Virus record (IMG/VR): IMGVR_UViG_3300036820_000008
Coordinates: 1 to 64,000 of that record
DNA: 64,000 nucleotides
Origin: a virus
Reading direction: 5' to 3' (one strand)
The notes beneath the pieces were generated by a model. It worked only from the letters and a program-made list of their open reading frames with translations. It searched no databases and was not told the DNA's origin. The position numbers and the translations under genes were made by a program. This document shows positions 11,128 to 20,540 of the stretch, one piece after another; the first letter of the stretch is position 1; each line of letters starts with the position of its first letter.

Positions 11128-11332
11128 ATGCCCTCTCCATCAGGTCGTCTCGAACGCCGGTAGCCCTACGCTCTAGCTTACCGTACACACCGATGTCGGA
11201 TAGCTGGCGTGATGTTACTGCGATCACCTTGAGAACAACGAGCGCAGTCATATCCATTGTCGGTTTCCCAAGCGGCCAGTTTCGGACTACCTCCCATGCA
11301 GAGTCTAGCTGCGGCTTAAGTACCTCCAGCAT
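11093..11332 (-). CDS. Hypothetical protein between the dnaE halves
   Basis: ORF overlapping both neighbours; start uncertain. Confidence 0.4.
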   Translation of the reverse strand: MLEVLKPQLDSAWEVVRNWPLGKPTMDMTALVVLKVIAVTSRQLSDIGVYGKLERRATGVRDDLMERAYANGPDDCGFF

Positions 11333-11678
11333 CTCCTCCGCTATCCCCGCCCTGATCTCCCTGTCCGAGGTAACGGTCCCTGGTTTTGGCGACAATGTCT
11401 TTGCTGAAGATGTCTTCATCAAAGGCAATTTCATCATCTCCTTCTGTGGCCAGGCCTCTGATTCTTTCCATGAAATCGTCGAAATTTACCACCCGAACAC
11501 GTATTTCATCGATGGCCATGATTGAGTGACAGTGTTCTCCTGTCTCTACCGTTCCGGCTATTCTGCAAGTCTCGCACAGAAGATCTTCCTGGTCAGCTTG
11601 CTCTGGACAAGGAACATTGAGAAAACAGCATCCTTCGCAATGACATGGCCCTGATTGTGGCCGAAGAAGCTCAGCCAT
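11316..11678 (-). CDS. Cys-rich (possibly Zn-binding) protein between the dnaE halves
   Basis: CHCEGCC...C...CETC...HCH. Confidence 0.5.
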   Translation of the reverse strand: MAELLRPQSGPCHCEGCCFLNVPCPEQADQEDLLCETCRIAGTVETGEHCHSIMAIDEIRVRVVNFDDFMERIRGLATEGDDEIAFDEDIFSKDIVAKTRDRYLGQGDQGGDSGGDAGGT

Positions 11679-11820
11679 GGAACCTTATCCAGTGCTTGTA
11701 GTAGTTCTTCAGGGTACGAAAGCGACTTCCGGAATAACGAGAGTGCACCATTCCGCACGAATCGTTCAGGGGACAGTACAGAAATGTACCGCCACGCTTG
11801 GGCTCGGGTATGGCCGTCAT
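11671..11820 (-). CDS. Small Cys/His protein (49 aa) between the dnaE halves
   Basis: ATGA overlap with the PHP gene stop; reads MTAIPEPKRGGTFLYCPLNDSCG...HWIRFHG. Confidence 0.45.
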   Translation of the reverse strand: MTAIPEPKRGGTFLYCPLNDSCGMVHSRYSGSRFRTLKNYYKHWIRFHG

Positions 11821-12755
11821 GTCCATGGTTTTAGGTCCTTTTCTTCTATGGGGTACTTGAGGCGTTCTGCCTTCGGCAGCGTAACGTTACACAGACTGGC
11901 TATGTACGCGGTGTTCTCTATTGCCTGCCATGCGTCGGTGCGGCCGAGTCCTGTCTTCATCAGACGAGCTGCGAGCTCTCGGTCTGTCGCTGGCAGCGTC
12001 AGTGGTACGTCGTAGTTCCACTTACGCATAGCGTCATCAACGCTGTCCCCTCCCCGTCGAGCCGTGTGGAGAATGGCCTGCATCTCGGCGTCCTCCATCC
12101 TTGGGTAGTGAACATCATGCGTTACAACTAGAGGTATGTCGAACTCACGGCTTAGCTGCACATATGACTTGTTCATCATACAGCTTCGCTCTAGCTCATA
12201 GAATGGCTGTATCTCTAGATAATATTTCTCCCCAAAGATGTTACTGAACGGCTCGATGACGGCCGACGCCGCCTCAAAGTCAGGAGTGTCGTTATGCTCT
12301 GGCGTGCCTTTTCCTCCAAGCATTGCACAAGCCAGCCTGCTCCCAGAGCATCCAGATAGGACAATGAGACCGTCACTGTTATCACGTAGCGAGGATCCGC
12401 TGACCGTTGGGTGATAGTAATAGTCTCGCCATGACTGAGTGACGATTCGATTGAGATTTCGGTACCCTCCGGTGTCCATGGCGAGGATGGTGAGGTGGTG
12501 TTTGAACTGCGTCCTAGTATCCGGCTCCACAGACCCACAATATGCCTCCAATCCAAAGATCGGCTTGATGCCAGCTTTGATCGCTGCCTTCTCAAGTTGG
12601 AAATGTGAGCTTACATTGCCATGCTCCGTAGCCGCAATTATCTTGTACCCGAGTTCAGCTGCACGCTGTACATGCTTGGTCGGGGTGGCGAATCCATCCC
12701 CGAATGAAAACGTTGTGTGATGGTGCATATTGCAAAACATCGGGGACTTGCTCAA
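11817..12755 (-). CDS. dnaE: PHP domain of DNA polymerase III alpha, as a stand-alone gene
   Basis: HHHTTFSFGDG, TEHG, FGLEAY, HHLTILA...GYRNL, LSGC, YLEIQ, THDVHY. Confidence 0.92.
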   Translation of the reverse strand: MSKSPMFCNMHHHTTFSFGDGFATPTKHVQRAAELGYKIIAATEHGNVSSHFQLEKAAIKAGIKPIFGLEAYCGSVEPDTRTQFKHHLTILAMDTGGYRNLNRIVTQSWRDYYYHPTVSGSSLRDNSDGLIVLSGCSGSRLACAMLGGKGTPEHNDTPDFEAASAVIEPFSNIFGEKYYLEIQPFYELERSCMMNKSYVQLSREFDIPLVVTHDVHYPRMEDAEMQAILHTARRGGDSVDDAMRKWNYDVPLTLPATDRELAARLMKTGLGRTDAWQAIENTAYIASLCNVTLPKAERLKYPIEEKDLKPWT

Positions 12756-13039
12756 TGCTTCTCCTGTACGTCATACTTCTTTCTGGCCATTACGTGACCG
12801 GTGCCCCGACAGGTATAGCATTCAACGCGATGTACGCTAACCATGCCAATATGGCTGTGGATAGTAACGATGCCGTCTACGCATCTTTTCTCTGGGCACT
12901 TAACCATTCCGTAGTTGGGGTCTGGAGCGGTCACTAGTGTCCACCTTGACCGGCTGAGCCTACGGGTAGCGACCGTAATCGCGGCTACCGCTACCCCTAC
13001 GACAGTCGCTACCGCGAGGATCGCGTATACGTAACCCAT
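12752..13039 (-). CDS. Membrane-anchored zinc-finger (DnaJ-type CxxCxGxG) protein
   Basis: TM segment MGYVYAILAVATVVGVAVAAI; CPEKRC and CYTCRGTG. Confidence 0.5.
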   Translation of the reverse strand: MGYVYAILAVATVVGVAVAAITVATRRLSRSRWTLVTAPDPNYGMVKCPEKRCVDGIVTIHSHIGMVSVHRVECYTCRGTGHVMARKKYDVQEKH

Positions 13040-13041
13040 TC

Positions 13042-13572
13042 TTACTCTTCGGACGTGAGATTGTCTAGATTCGGCGTCTCCCAGTCGCCAAATCCCTCTT
13101 TCTCGGAGCGCAGATAGAACCCGATGAAGTTGATCAGGTCGATAGCGGAGTCGTCGTGCTTCTTCCCCTTGATCCAGGCGCGCTCCCACAAACGCTCGAA
13201 CTTCTTCCTGACGTCCGACAGTGCGCCGAGTCGTCCGGACTTTTTCCAGGTACCTCCGTTCGGGTCGTACCCGCGCTGGCACATGATCGCCAGGCAAGGG
13301 AGGAAGACGTAGGTTAGCTGGTCTATGGCGTCCGGGGTCGGTACGAGTCCGCAATCGTCCATGAATTTCACGGAGGCTTCCATGGCTACCCTGATCTCTG
13401 CACCTGTCACCTGAGTAGATACCATCCTTTTGGACTGCTTCTCCCCTGGTTGTGTTAGATTGTCCTCACCATACCGCTGGCCACCAAGGACATCTGCTGC
13501 ATGCCGTACCGTGCTGTAAGCCCCGGTACCGTACCCTTGGTGCCCCATCTGACGTTGGTCTTGCTCAGACAT
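13042..13572 (-). CDS. Nmad1/DUF1599-like alpha-helical nucleotide-modification-associated protein
   Basis: Y...W...G..G....KKFERL...DSAIDLINF pattern. Confidence 0.6.
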   Translation of the reverse strand: MSEQDQRQMGHQGYGTGAYSTVRHAADVLGGQRYGEDNLTQPGEKQSKRMVSTQVTGAEIRVAMEASVKFMDDCGLVPTPDAIDQLTYVFLPCLAIMCQRGYDPNGGTWKKSGRLGALSDVRKKFERLWERAWIKGKKHDDSAIDLINFIGFYLRSEKEGFGDWETPNLDNLTSEE

Positions 13573-14200
13573 GGACCTTGGTTCCCTTCACAAGCTTAGT
13601 TACGAGTACGGAGTTGCGCTCGGTGAATGCCATGATCATGTTGAACTCTATCTCGAGAGACCACTGGGTATGGCCCTCGACGGCTTTGTGGTCGTAGTGG
13701 CGTGTACTAAAGATACTGCGCCATGTCTCGGTGCCGAACTGGCTGACATGCGTCAGGTCCGAGTGCCACAGCTCAGAATCATAGTGCGGCACTATATTGA
13801 CAAACCAGGCGTCGATGGCCAGGACACGCTGTATCTCCGCGAGGAGCGGGATAACGTTCTTGATGTGGTCTAGCGTGTGGTAACTGGCGATGCCATCGAT
13901 GCTGCCGTCTTCGAATGGCAGCGGCATCGTCTCGGCATCCCATTCCGGAAAGTCTAGGTTCACCCAGTCACGGATGAACTTCTTGCCGGCACCCAGCTGG
14001 ACATACCTTCCTTCTGGCGCACGGTTTGTGTCGCCGAATTCCATCGTCTTGGCCATAGCGATCGCGACGTGATCTTCTAGGCCACCTGGGTGCGGAAAGT
14101 GATACACTACATCTCCCATCGCGAGCAGGCGCGTCATAGCGCCGGGGTACAGGGAACCGCTTACATTGAAACTGAAGTCTGACACCAGGCCCAGTCTCAT
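13565..14200 (-). CDS. Class I SAM-dependent methyltransferase-like protein
   Basis: QLGAG...NLD...LPFEDGSIDGI...HTLDH...EIQRVL; the start may be the TTG near 14297. Confidence 0.75.
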   Translation of the reverse strand: MRLGLVSDFSFNVSGSLYPGAMTRLLAMGDVVYHFPHPGGLEDHVAIAMAKTMEFGDTNRAPEGRYVQLGAGKKFIRDWVNLDFPEWDAETMPLPFEDGSIDGIASYHTLDHIKNVIPLLAEIQRVLAIDAWFVNIVPHYDSELWHSDLTHVSQFGTETWRSIFSTRHYDHKAVEGHTQWSLEIEFNMIMAFTERNSVLVTKLVKGTKVHV

Positions 14201-14298
14201 GTCACTCGGCTGCCGCGTGTGGTGCCGTTCTGCATGTTCGTCTGCCCCGGCCGGATCTGGGCCGCACTGTGGGCAGACATATTCTTTGTCGGGCAATG

Positions 14299-14949
14299 CT
14301 ATCCGCCGATCTCGTTGGCACGCTTCATGGTCTGCAACCATGCAATGGCATTGCGCGGGTCGCTCTTTAGTCTGTCCGCATAATGCAGAAGTGCGTGAAG
14401 CAGGCGTCCCTGGCGGAGAGCATCGTCGACGGCTACGTGCGGAACGATATCGTCCAGCTTGACGTTGAACAGCTTGTACAGATCTCCCTCCTCCGGCCTC
14501 TCGTAGTACCCGGACACGGCGAGCAGCCCGTTCGCGTAGCTGCGGATGTCCATGCATGCGAACCCGAGTGGGTTCTTGCCGTAGTAGTTATGCATGTACC
14601 AGTTAATGAAGGTGAAGTCGAAGCCAGCGGGCCACGCTACCGCTACTAGCTTACCGTACGCCGCGAGGTCGATAAGCCATACAGCAAACTGCTCCATTGC
14701 CCTGCTGGCCTCGATCTGGTTCTCATTGACGATACGCCAAGCCTCCGGCTGAGTGCCCCACCAGTCCATGGTGTCGGTGTCCTCGAAGGAACCATCGATC
14801 GGAATGATGTTGCGAGAGAACGACATTCCCCTGCTCACCACAAGATCGTCGGCATTGAATGCTACGGCACCGACAGACAGCATGCTGTTGAGGCCAGGAG
14901 ACGGGCCGTTGGTCTCGATGTCTAGCGAAATGTAAACTTCCTGCCTCAT
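14299..14949 (-). CDS. DEDDh 3'-5' exonuclease
   Basis: SLDIETNGP, AGFDF, MDIRS, HVAVDDA. Confidence 0.85.
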   Translation of the reverse strand: MRQEVYISLDIETNGPSPGLNSMLSVGAVAFNADDLVVSRGMSFSRNIIPIDGSFEDTDTMDWWGTQPEAWRIVNENQIEASRAMEQFAVWLIDLAAYGKLVAVAWPAGFDFTFINWYMHNYYGKNPLGFACMDIRSYANGLLAVSGYYERPEEGDLYKLFNVKLDDIVPHVAVDDALRQGRLLHALLHYADRLKSDPRNAIAWLQTMKRANEIGG

Positions 14950-16121
14950 GCTTTCCGCGTCCTTATCTCTTCGATACGGATGACTGACACCTTCGGTCCG
15001 CCTGCTCCGGCGCTATACACATCAGGCTGCATCACAGCGCTCAGCTTCTCCTCAGCTCTTCTTACTGCATCAGCAAATGTTCCCGGGCCATCCAGCTCGA
15101 TGTACACCCTAGCCTCGAGAACAAAGTGATTGATGCGACCGCCAGTTGGCGGTTTGGCCTGCGAAAAGCTATGTTCTTCCATTCCTGTTATCCTCAGGCC
15201 ACAAGGCCATGTAGCGTTCGGTAGGGTTTGCGATCAGCTCGGCTAGCTTTGCCTCGACGGCACGGCGGCCGTACCTATTCAGGAGATGCCGGAGTTCCTT
15301 GGTCATCGTGTGCTGGTTCTGTGTCTTTGAAGCTGGCGCGAACAATCTCGTCGATGGCATCGTCACTCACCTCGTAGCCGGTACCGCTCTGATTGATGCT
15401 GACATCGTTAGGACCCCAGGACTTCAGGTCTGGTTCATCAGCGGGATTATCCCTTACCCACTGTTCCTTGAGGCGCAGATCTTCGGCGGCCATATCCGAC
15501 GTGTAGTAGACTATTGGCTCTTTCTTGGCCTCGGGCTCGGCCGTAGGCACGCCGATTATCTGGATGCCTTCCAGGGATGTGAAGACATCAAGAGCCTCCT
15601 GGGACGTGAACATCTCGACGTACATAATCGGCGGTCCATCCCACGGACAGTCTATGACCACCCTCCTGATGTTGTTCATCTGATCTTTGGTGAATACACC
15701 CCCTTTCACAAGAGCATTCGCGAACGCCCATTGATTCATTTTGGCCATCATGCCCTCCTGAGCATACTTGAAAGGGCGTCCATTCGCCTGGGCGTCCAGC
15801 ATCTGAACCTGAACTTGCTAAGCAGTTCTTCTGTCTCGTCATCGCACAGCATAACGTACGACAGAAGAAGTAGCCATTCTACGTCCACCCAGTTTATTTC
15901 GGAATGGTGAGATCCGCATCCACTGTTTGGCATGCTGGTTCCGAAGCATCCTACCCTGACAAGGGGATACGAGAACGCGCCGACCATTATATCGCAATTC
16001 TCGTGGTCGAGAATCCTATCGTCGCCAGAGCTCCATGCCCTGATGGCGGTCTCGATGACCATGTCAGATCCGATCGTCACCGCCGGATTGTGCGACATGC
16101 AGATAAGTCGGTATTTGCTGC

Positions 16122-16586
16122 TCATCCTGATCGTCCGGCCTTTCTGGCTGCTTCGTGCCTCTCAACATACCGAAGGCCGAGGTGCGTGCGCCAGTCGACA
16201 CCACCGCTTCCCTCCGGATAGAATCCCCATTCGCCACGGTCGGGGCCGGTGACGACCAGGGTCCAGAGAGGATGCTTGATCTTAGTGATTATGTGCGCTG
16301 CTTCTAGCGGCATGCCGTTAACAGAGAAGCGGCAGCGATTCCTGACGACCATCCTTCTTCTGTTATATTTGTCCGGCCACACCATCTCTGTGTACGCGCC
16401 ACACAGGACAATTGATGTGAAGAACCACGGGTGATCGTGAGGGTCTGCCTCGTGATCCGGGCGGTGAATGTGATGCAGAAATACCGAGAAGAACGGCGTC
16501 TCTATGAGACGGAGACGATCAAGATACGGATCACCCTCGACCGTTCCTATGTCTATGCCTGTCAGGAATCCCCACCTGTTACTCAA
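16122..16586 (-). CDS. Cupin (cysteine-dioxygenase-like) phage protein
   Basis: LHHIHRPD...PHDHPW...GAYTE...H.I...WTLV...WGF. Confidence 0.75.
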   Translation of the reverse strand: MSNRWGFLTGIDIGTVEGDPYLDRLRLIETPFFSVFLHHIHRPDHEADPHDHPWFFTSIVLCGAYTEMVWPDKYNRRRMVVRNRCRFSVNGMPLEAAHIITKIKHPLWTLVVTGPDRGEWGFYPEGSGGVDWRTHLGLRYVERHEAARKAGRSG

Positions 16587-16945
16587 CGGTACCCCTCAGG
16601 AATTCGAGAACGCATCTTGTCCATCTGCCGATCGATGACTTTCTGGGTTCCCTCCCGGTCTTTTGTGAAATGTTGAATGCACAGAAGACCCGTCATCACA
16701 ATGTCGCCGATCTCCATGAGCATTTCGGATCTGTCGACGGCACTTGAAGGTTTGTTCTGCTCTTTTCTTGGGTTCTGTCCTGTCGAGGATATCAGGAGGG
16801 AGATAGCCTCACCTAGCTCCTCGGCCACCTTGGATACCCTGGCCCAATCTTGGGCCAATGGCTGATCCTTGTACTTCTGGGACACTTCGCCATCGAGCCA
16901 TTTGTCTGCAGCCTCGATGACCTCCCAGTCGATGCTGTCGCTCAC
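16583..16945 (-). CDS. MazG-like nucleotide pyrophosphohydrolase
   Basis: KVAEELGE...EIGDIV (EExxE...ExxD). Confidence 0.75.
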   Translation of the reverse strand: MSDSIDWEVIEAADKWLDGEVSQKYKDQPLAQDWARVSKVAEELGEAISLLISSTGQNPRKEQNKPSSAVDRSEMLMEIGDIVMTGLLCIQHFTKDREGTQKVIDRQMDKMRSRIPEGYR

Positions 16946-17886
16946 ATAGCATCAGGCGCTAGGCGCGCGGCTCCCTCTCGGAGGGCCTCCTGCGGGTCGA
17001 TGTCCACCCATACCTTCGGACCTTCGCCCTTACGATGGTGATCCATAACGCGATCGCGGATGGCGCACCAGCGATCGGTCTCTGCCATGAACTCGCACTT
17101 CCCAGTGCGGTAACAGATTGGGAGGAAGATACTGGTGATCAGCTTCTGCTGCCACTTCTCAGACTCAGGGCCATAATTCTCTATTGCCCCGAGGAATCCA
17201 TACCAGACCATCTTCCATTCGTACTGTGCCTGGGAACACAGTCGCATTCCGGCGTGCTCCGCGAGGTTGCGGAGATTCGTCTTGTAGTGTATGCGCGTCG
17301 TTATGTTCGTGGGTAGCAGGCCACGGGCATCCTCCGCTGGTACCCCTCCGTCCACCATGGCATTGTAAGCCCACGAGTTCTCCTTGACGGCCTTGTCCCA
17401 TACCAGGCGCATCGGGTGGTCTTCCTTGAGGTCCCTGATCGAAGGAGGGTACGCCACCTCTAGCATCGCGTTGTCCTTCACGGCAAAGCGCTGTGACTCC
17501 TGCACGTAAACAGCCGTACGCTGCCGAACGAGTTGATGGGTAAAGGCACGGGTCACGCCCTCGATGAGGAAGTGAAGGTCGATGAACTCCAGCGGTGCCT
17601 GCAAAGCCGTCCTGGTCATGTCAGAGAACCACTTGCGAGCAGTCTCTTCTTCGATCTCGTCTGGGCTCTTTATGATGCGACCCGCATACAGTTCAGCTGC
17701 GGCGGCCATCACTCTCAGAGGATTCGCCGTCATGCTTACGAGATGCACTTGCGGAAGAACCATTTCGCCGCGGTCTGCCGCTTCGTTGTGCTGTGCCTGG
17801 TACATCGCGACGTCCGCGTACCTGACCACGTCTGTGCCGGGGTTGCGGCTGACGTTAACCTTCGATTTCGCGGGCTCGTGATTCAT
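16942..17886 (-). CDS. thyX: ThyX-like flavin-dependent thymidylate synthase (variant)
   Basis: PLEF, RAFTHQLVRQR-x7-SQR, EDARGLLP, NLR, RLC..AQ.E. Confidence 0.85.
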   Translation of the reverse strand: MNHEPAKSKVNVSRNPGTDVVRYADVAMYQAQHNEAADRGEMVLPQVHLVSMTANPLRVMAAAAELYAGRIIKSPDEIEEETARKWFSDMTRTALQAPLEFIDLHFLIEGVTRAFTHQLVRQRTAVYVQESQRFAVKDNAMLEVAYPPSIRDLKEDHPMRLVWDKAVKENSWAYNAMVDGGVPAEDARGLLPTNITTRIHYKTNLRNLAEHAGMRLCSQAQYEWKMVWYGFLGAIENYGPESEKWQQKLITSIFLPICYRTGKCEFMAETDRWCAIRDRVMDHHRKGEGPKVWVDIDPQEALREGAARLAPDAM

Positions 17887-18235
17887 CGATCCTCTTCTTC
17901 CTGTCTTCTTCGATCTCGTTGTCGGTTGATGGGATGATGTGGACGTACATATGCGGTATCATCCGGGCGGCCTCGCTGCCGACCGTCGTGGTTATGGTGC
18001 AAACAGGAGCAAGTACGGCTGCACGCATCGCGACCAACCTGAACACCTGCGCTGTTATGACTGGATTCATCAGGGCATTCCTGATGTGTATGCGAGGGGC
18101 GACTATTATGTGCCCCGGCTTGATCGCATTGTCAGGGACGAACAGGACCCCGTGCTCGTGGAGCTCGATATACTTCCGGTTAGCGATCAACTGGCATATC
18201 GAGCAGAACTGCTCCGTCGAATCCTGCGATGGCAT
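17855..18235 (-). CDS. HIT-family protein (variant motif)
   Basis: FCSIC, PGHIIVAP, HMYVHIIP. Confidence 0.75.
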   Translation of the reverse strand: MPSQDSTEQFCSICQLIANRKYIELHEHGVLFVPDNAIKPGHIIVAPRIHIRNALMNPVITAQVFRLVAMRAAVLAPVCTITTTVGSEAARMIPHMYVHIIPSTDNEIEEDRKKRIDESRAREIEG

Positions 18236-19007
18236 TTATCTTCTTCCTCTCGTCTTTGTGCATGATGCTATCTACGGCATTGTATGTGTCCCAGTAAGCT
18301 GTGTCAACCCACGTCTCGTTCTTCCACTTGCCGAATCGTCCGGTGCGGAGGACGTGAGGGAAACAGTCGCAATCCGTACTGATAGGCTTGCGGATAAGAT
18401 GAGCGCCTCTGGGGGCCTTGCCGACAGGCCATTCCGTCGACCCCACGCCGAATACAAGCGAACTACGAACCCAGTCCGGCTTCTGTCCGGCATTGAATAT
18501 CAGGGTGTTCTCAGGCTGCTCAGGGTATGATACGGCTGTCGTAACCTCGACAGCCTTGTACGCGAATTTGTGCGCTCGCATACAAAGAGACTCCGCATTT
18601 GCGGTACTAACGACTAGATCTGACCTCTCATGCATGGAGGCTAGCTCCGTAGCCCTCACACGACGGTCACAGACCAGATGCTGGTACATGTTCCATAGCT
18701 TGTCGTATGTCTCGCCATGCCTCCATGCGAAGTACTGCGGGACGAGCATGTCGCCGTTGATGCCGATGTTGATGTCGCCGTAAAGCTTGTATCGGTAGTC
18801 GAGGATACTACCACCTATCACCACCTGGTGAATCGTTCCGTCCGGGTGTCCGGTATTGATGCCCGGAATCGGACGCTGCATAAGTAGCGGCCCGCGTTGA
18901 GGAGTTTTTGCCTTTGGCGCATAGATCACGACATCAGCGCCTAGCCCTATGGCCGCATGCGCTGCAGCTAGGCCAGCAGGTCCGCATCCGATCACATCGA
19001 CGATCAC
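18180..19007 (-). CDS. FAD-dependent oxidoreductase
   Basis: N-terminal GCGPAG Rossmann motif; C-terminal GRFGKW reminiscent of UDP-galactopyranose-mutase-like flavoproteins. Confidence 0.7.
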   Translation of the reverse strand: MIVDVIGCGPAGLAAAHAAIGLGADVVIYAPKAKTPQRGPLLMQRPIPGINTGHPDGTIHQVVIGGSILDYRYKLYGDINIGINGDMLVPQYFAWRHGETYDKLWNMYQHLVCDRRVRATELASMHERSDLVVSTANAESLCMRAHKFAYKAVEVTTAVSYPEQPENTLIFNAGQKPDWVRSSLVFGVGSTEWPVGKAPRGAHLIRKPISTDCDCFPHVLRTGRFGKWKNETWVDTAYWDTYNAVDSIMHKDERKKINAIAGFDGAVLLDMPVDR

Positions 19008-19923
19008 TTAGCTATTCTCCATTGGGGTCGTTGTTTGCTTCAGTTGTCGGGTCTTCTGGCACCTCGGGAATGAATCCCGTGAAGTCAGTGATGTTCGGCG
19101 GTACCTCTATCTTCTGTCCTGTCATCTGCGCGAATGCCGCGTTATGCATATCGGCATGGGCCTGCTGCTGCGCCTGTCGCTCCTTCAGGTACAGCGGATC
19201 CAGCAATGCTTCCTGAACCGCCTCTGACATACGATTGGCGCACATGTCGCTCCAGTCAGACGAAGCGTATGCGAACAAAAATCCCAGCCATGCATGAGCC
19301 GGCAGTTCTATGGACACTTTCTCGTTCAGGTCCATCTTACGAAATTTCAGGTCTTCCATTCCATCGCTCCTTACATGCGGTCGTAGTGAGTGTCATACCA
19401 TAGGCCGAAAGCGTCCCATGCCTCACCGCTATCCACCCATTCTTGGTACGGTTCCTTGGCCTCAGGGTTCTCGTCGAAGCTAAGCACCAGTACAGGCGTC
19501 TTGTCGCTGTGCGTGATAACCGGCGGCTTCTCGGTGTCGAACATTTTGTGCCTAACCGTTGACGGAAAGATATATCACGAGGAATATGGCAACAACCAAA
19601 AATATGCATAGGACACCAGCCCAGCCATTAGCGGGCGGCTCGCGTACCCCGGCGGCTACGCCAACGGCCATCATCATCTTGCAGTGTTCACATGAAACGT
19701 CTGACGGATTAAGAGTGCTGAAACTGTGCAGGGCCGGAAGACCGCATAGAGTAAACTTCCTGCTTCCTCCAGACCACAAGGCTGACGCTAGTATGCCAGC
19801 AGGGCCAATAGGGCCAGGAACGTTGCTGCTCACGCTAAACATGACGTGGGACGAATCTTTTCCGTCTGTCCCTACTGCATAGTATGGCATGTTCATTCCT
19901 GCCCTATTGGCTATGGCCTTTTC

Positions 19924-20251
19924 TTACGGCTGACCGTGCTGGGTGGCCTTCTTGCCCTCCTGGGACGCACAGAACTTGTCCCATTCCGGCACGAGCCGGA
20001 TGGCACCAGCCGCGTCGCGCGTAGTGGTGGCGAAACCTGCGCCGTCGTAGCAGATCATACCGATATTCGGCATATTGTCGACATTGAGGATCGTCGACGA
20101 GTAGTTGGGGTATACGTTGGGTGAGTTGTTCAGGTCATCCAGCTGAGGCGTGCCAGATGCGCAGCCTGCGACAATTGCTGCAGCAGCGATGCCGGCGGAA
20201 GCGATGCTCGCCCATCCTGCATCACGTCGGTTGAGAGGACCGATCTTCACC
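19924..20251 (-). CDS. Putative lipoprotein
   Basis: Hydrophobic signal followed by a VAGC lipobox. Confidence 0.55.
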
Positions 20252-20252
20252 G

Positions 20253-20459
20253 TTATCTCCTGCTTCCTTTTGTGCGGTGACGCGTTCCGAATTCCCCTGC
20301 TTTGCAGCCGCCTATGAATGCTCCCCATTCGGCTGCCGTGAACTTGAGTGTGCCTTCTTCTGGTTTCTTGCTGTTGCGAACCCAGACTTCACCATTAGTC
20401 TGTAGTTCAACTTCGACGCAGTTGCCGTTGGCAAAGCTCAGGGAGCTCTTTATCCACAT
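20253..20459 (-). CDS. DUF397 (BldB-like) protein
   Basis: WIKSS...NCVEV...VRNSK.P...L.F...EW.AF....KAGEF. Confidence 0.9.
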   Translation of the reverse strand: MWIKSSLSFANGNCVEVELQTNGEVWVRNSKKPEEGTLKFTAAEWGAFIGGCKAGEFGTRHRTKGSRR

Positions 20460-20472
20460 AGCGTCTCCTGGG

Positions 20473-20511
20473 GTCCGGCCTGAGCCCCTGCGGCGGAAGC
20501 TCAGGCCGGAC
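20473..20511 (-). terminator. Hairpin after the SSB-like gene
   Basis: Perfect 13-bp inverted repeat GTCCGGCCTGAGC/GCTCAGGCCGGAC. Confidence 0.65.
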
Positions 20512-20540
20512 GTCTAGTAAGGGGTTGTGCTGCCAGCCGT

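Noticed and set aside
11128-11816. Intron or split intein within dnaE
   Set aside because: No intein terminal motifs or recognisable group I/II core; the gap is filled by coupled ORFs.
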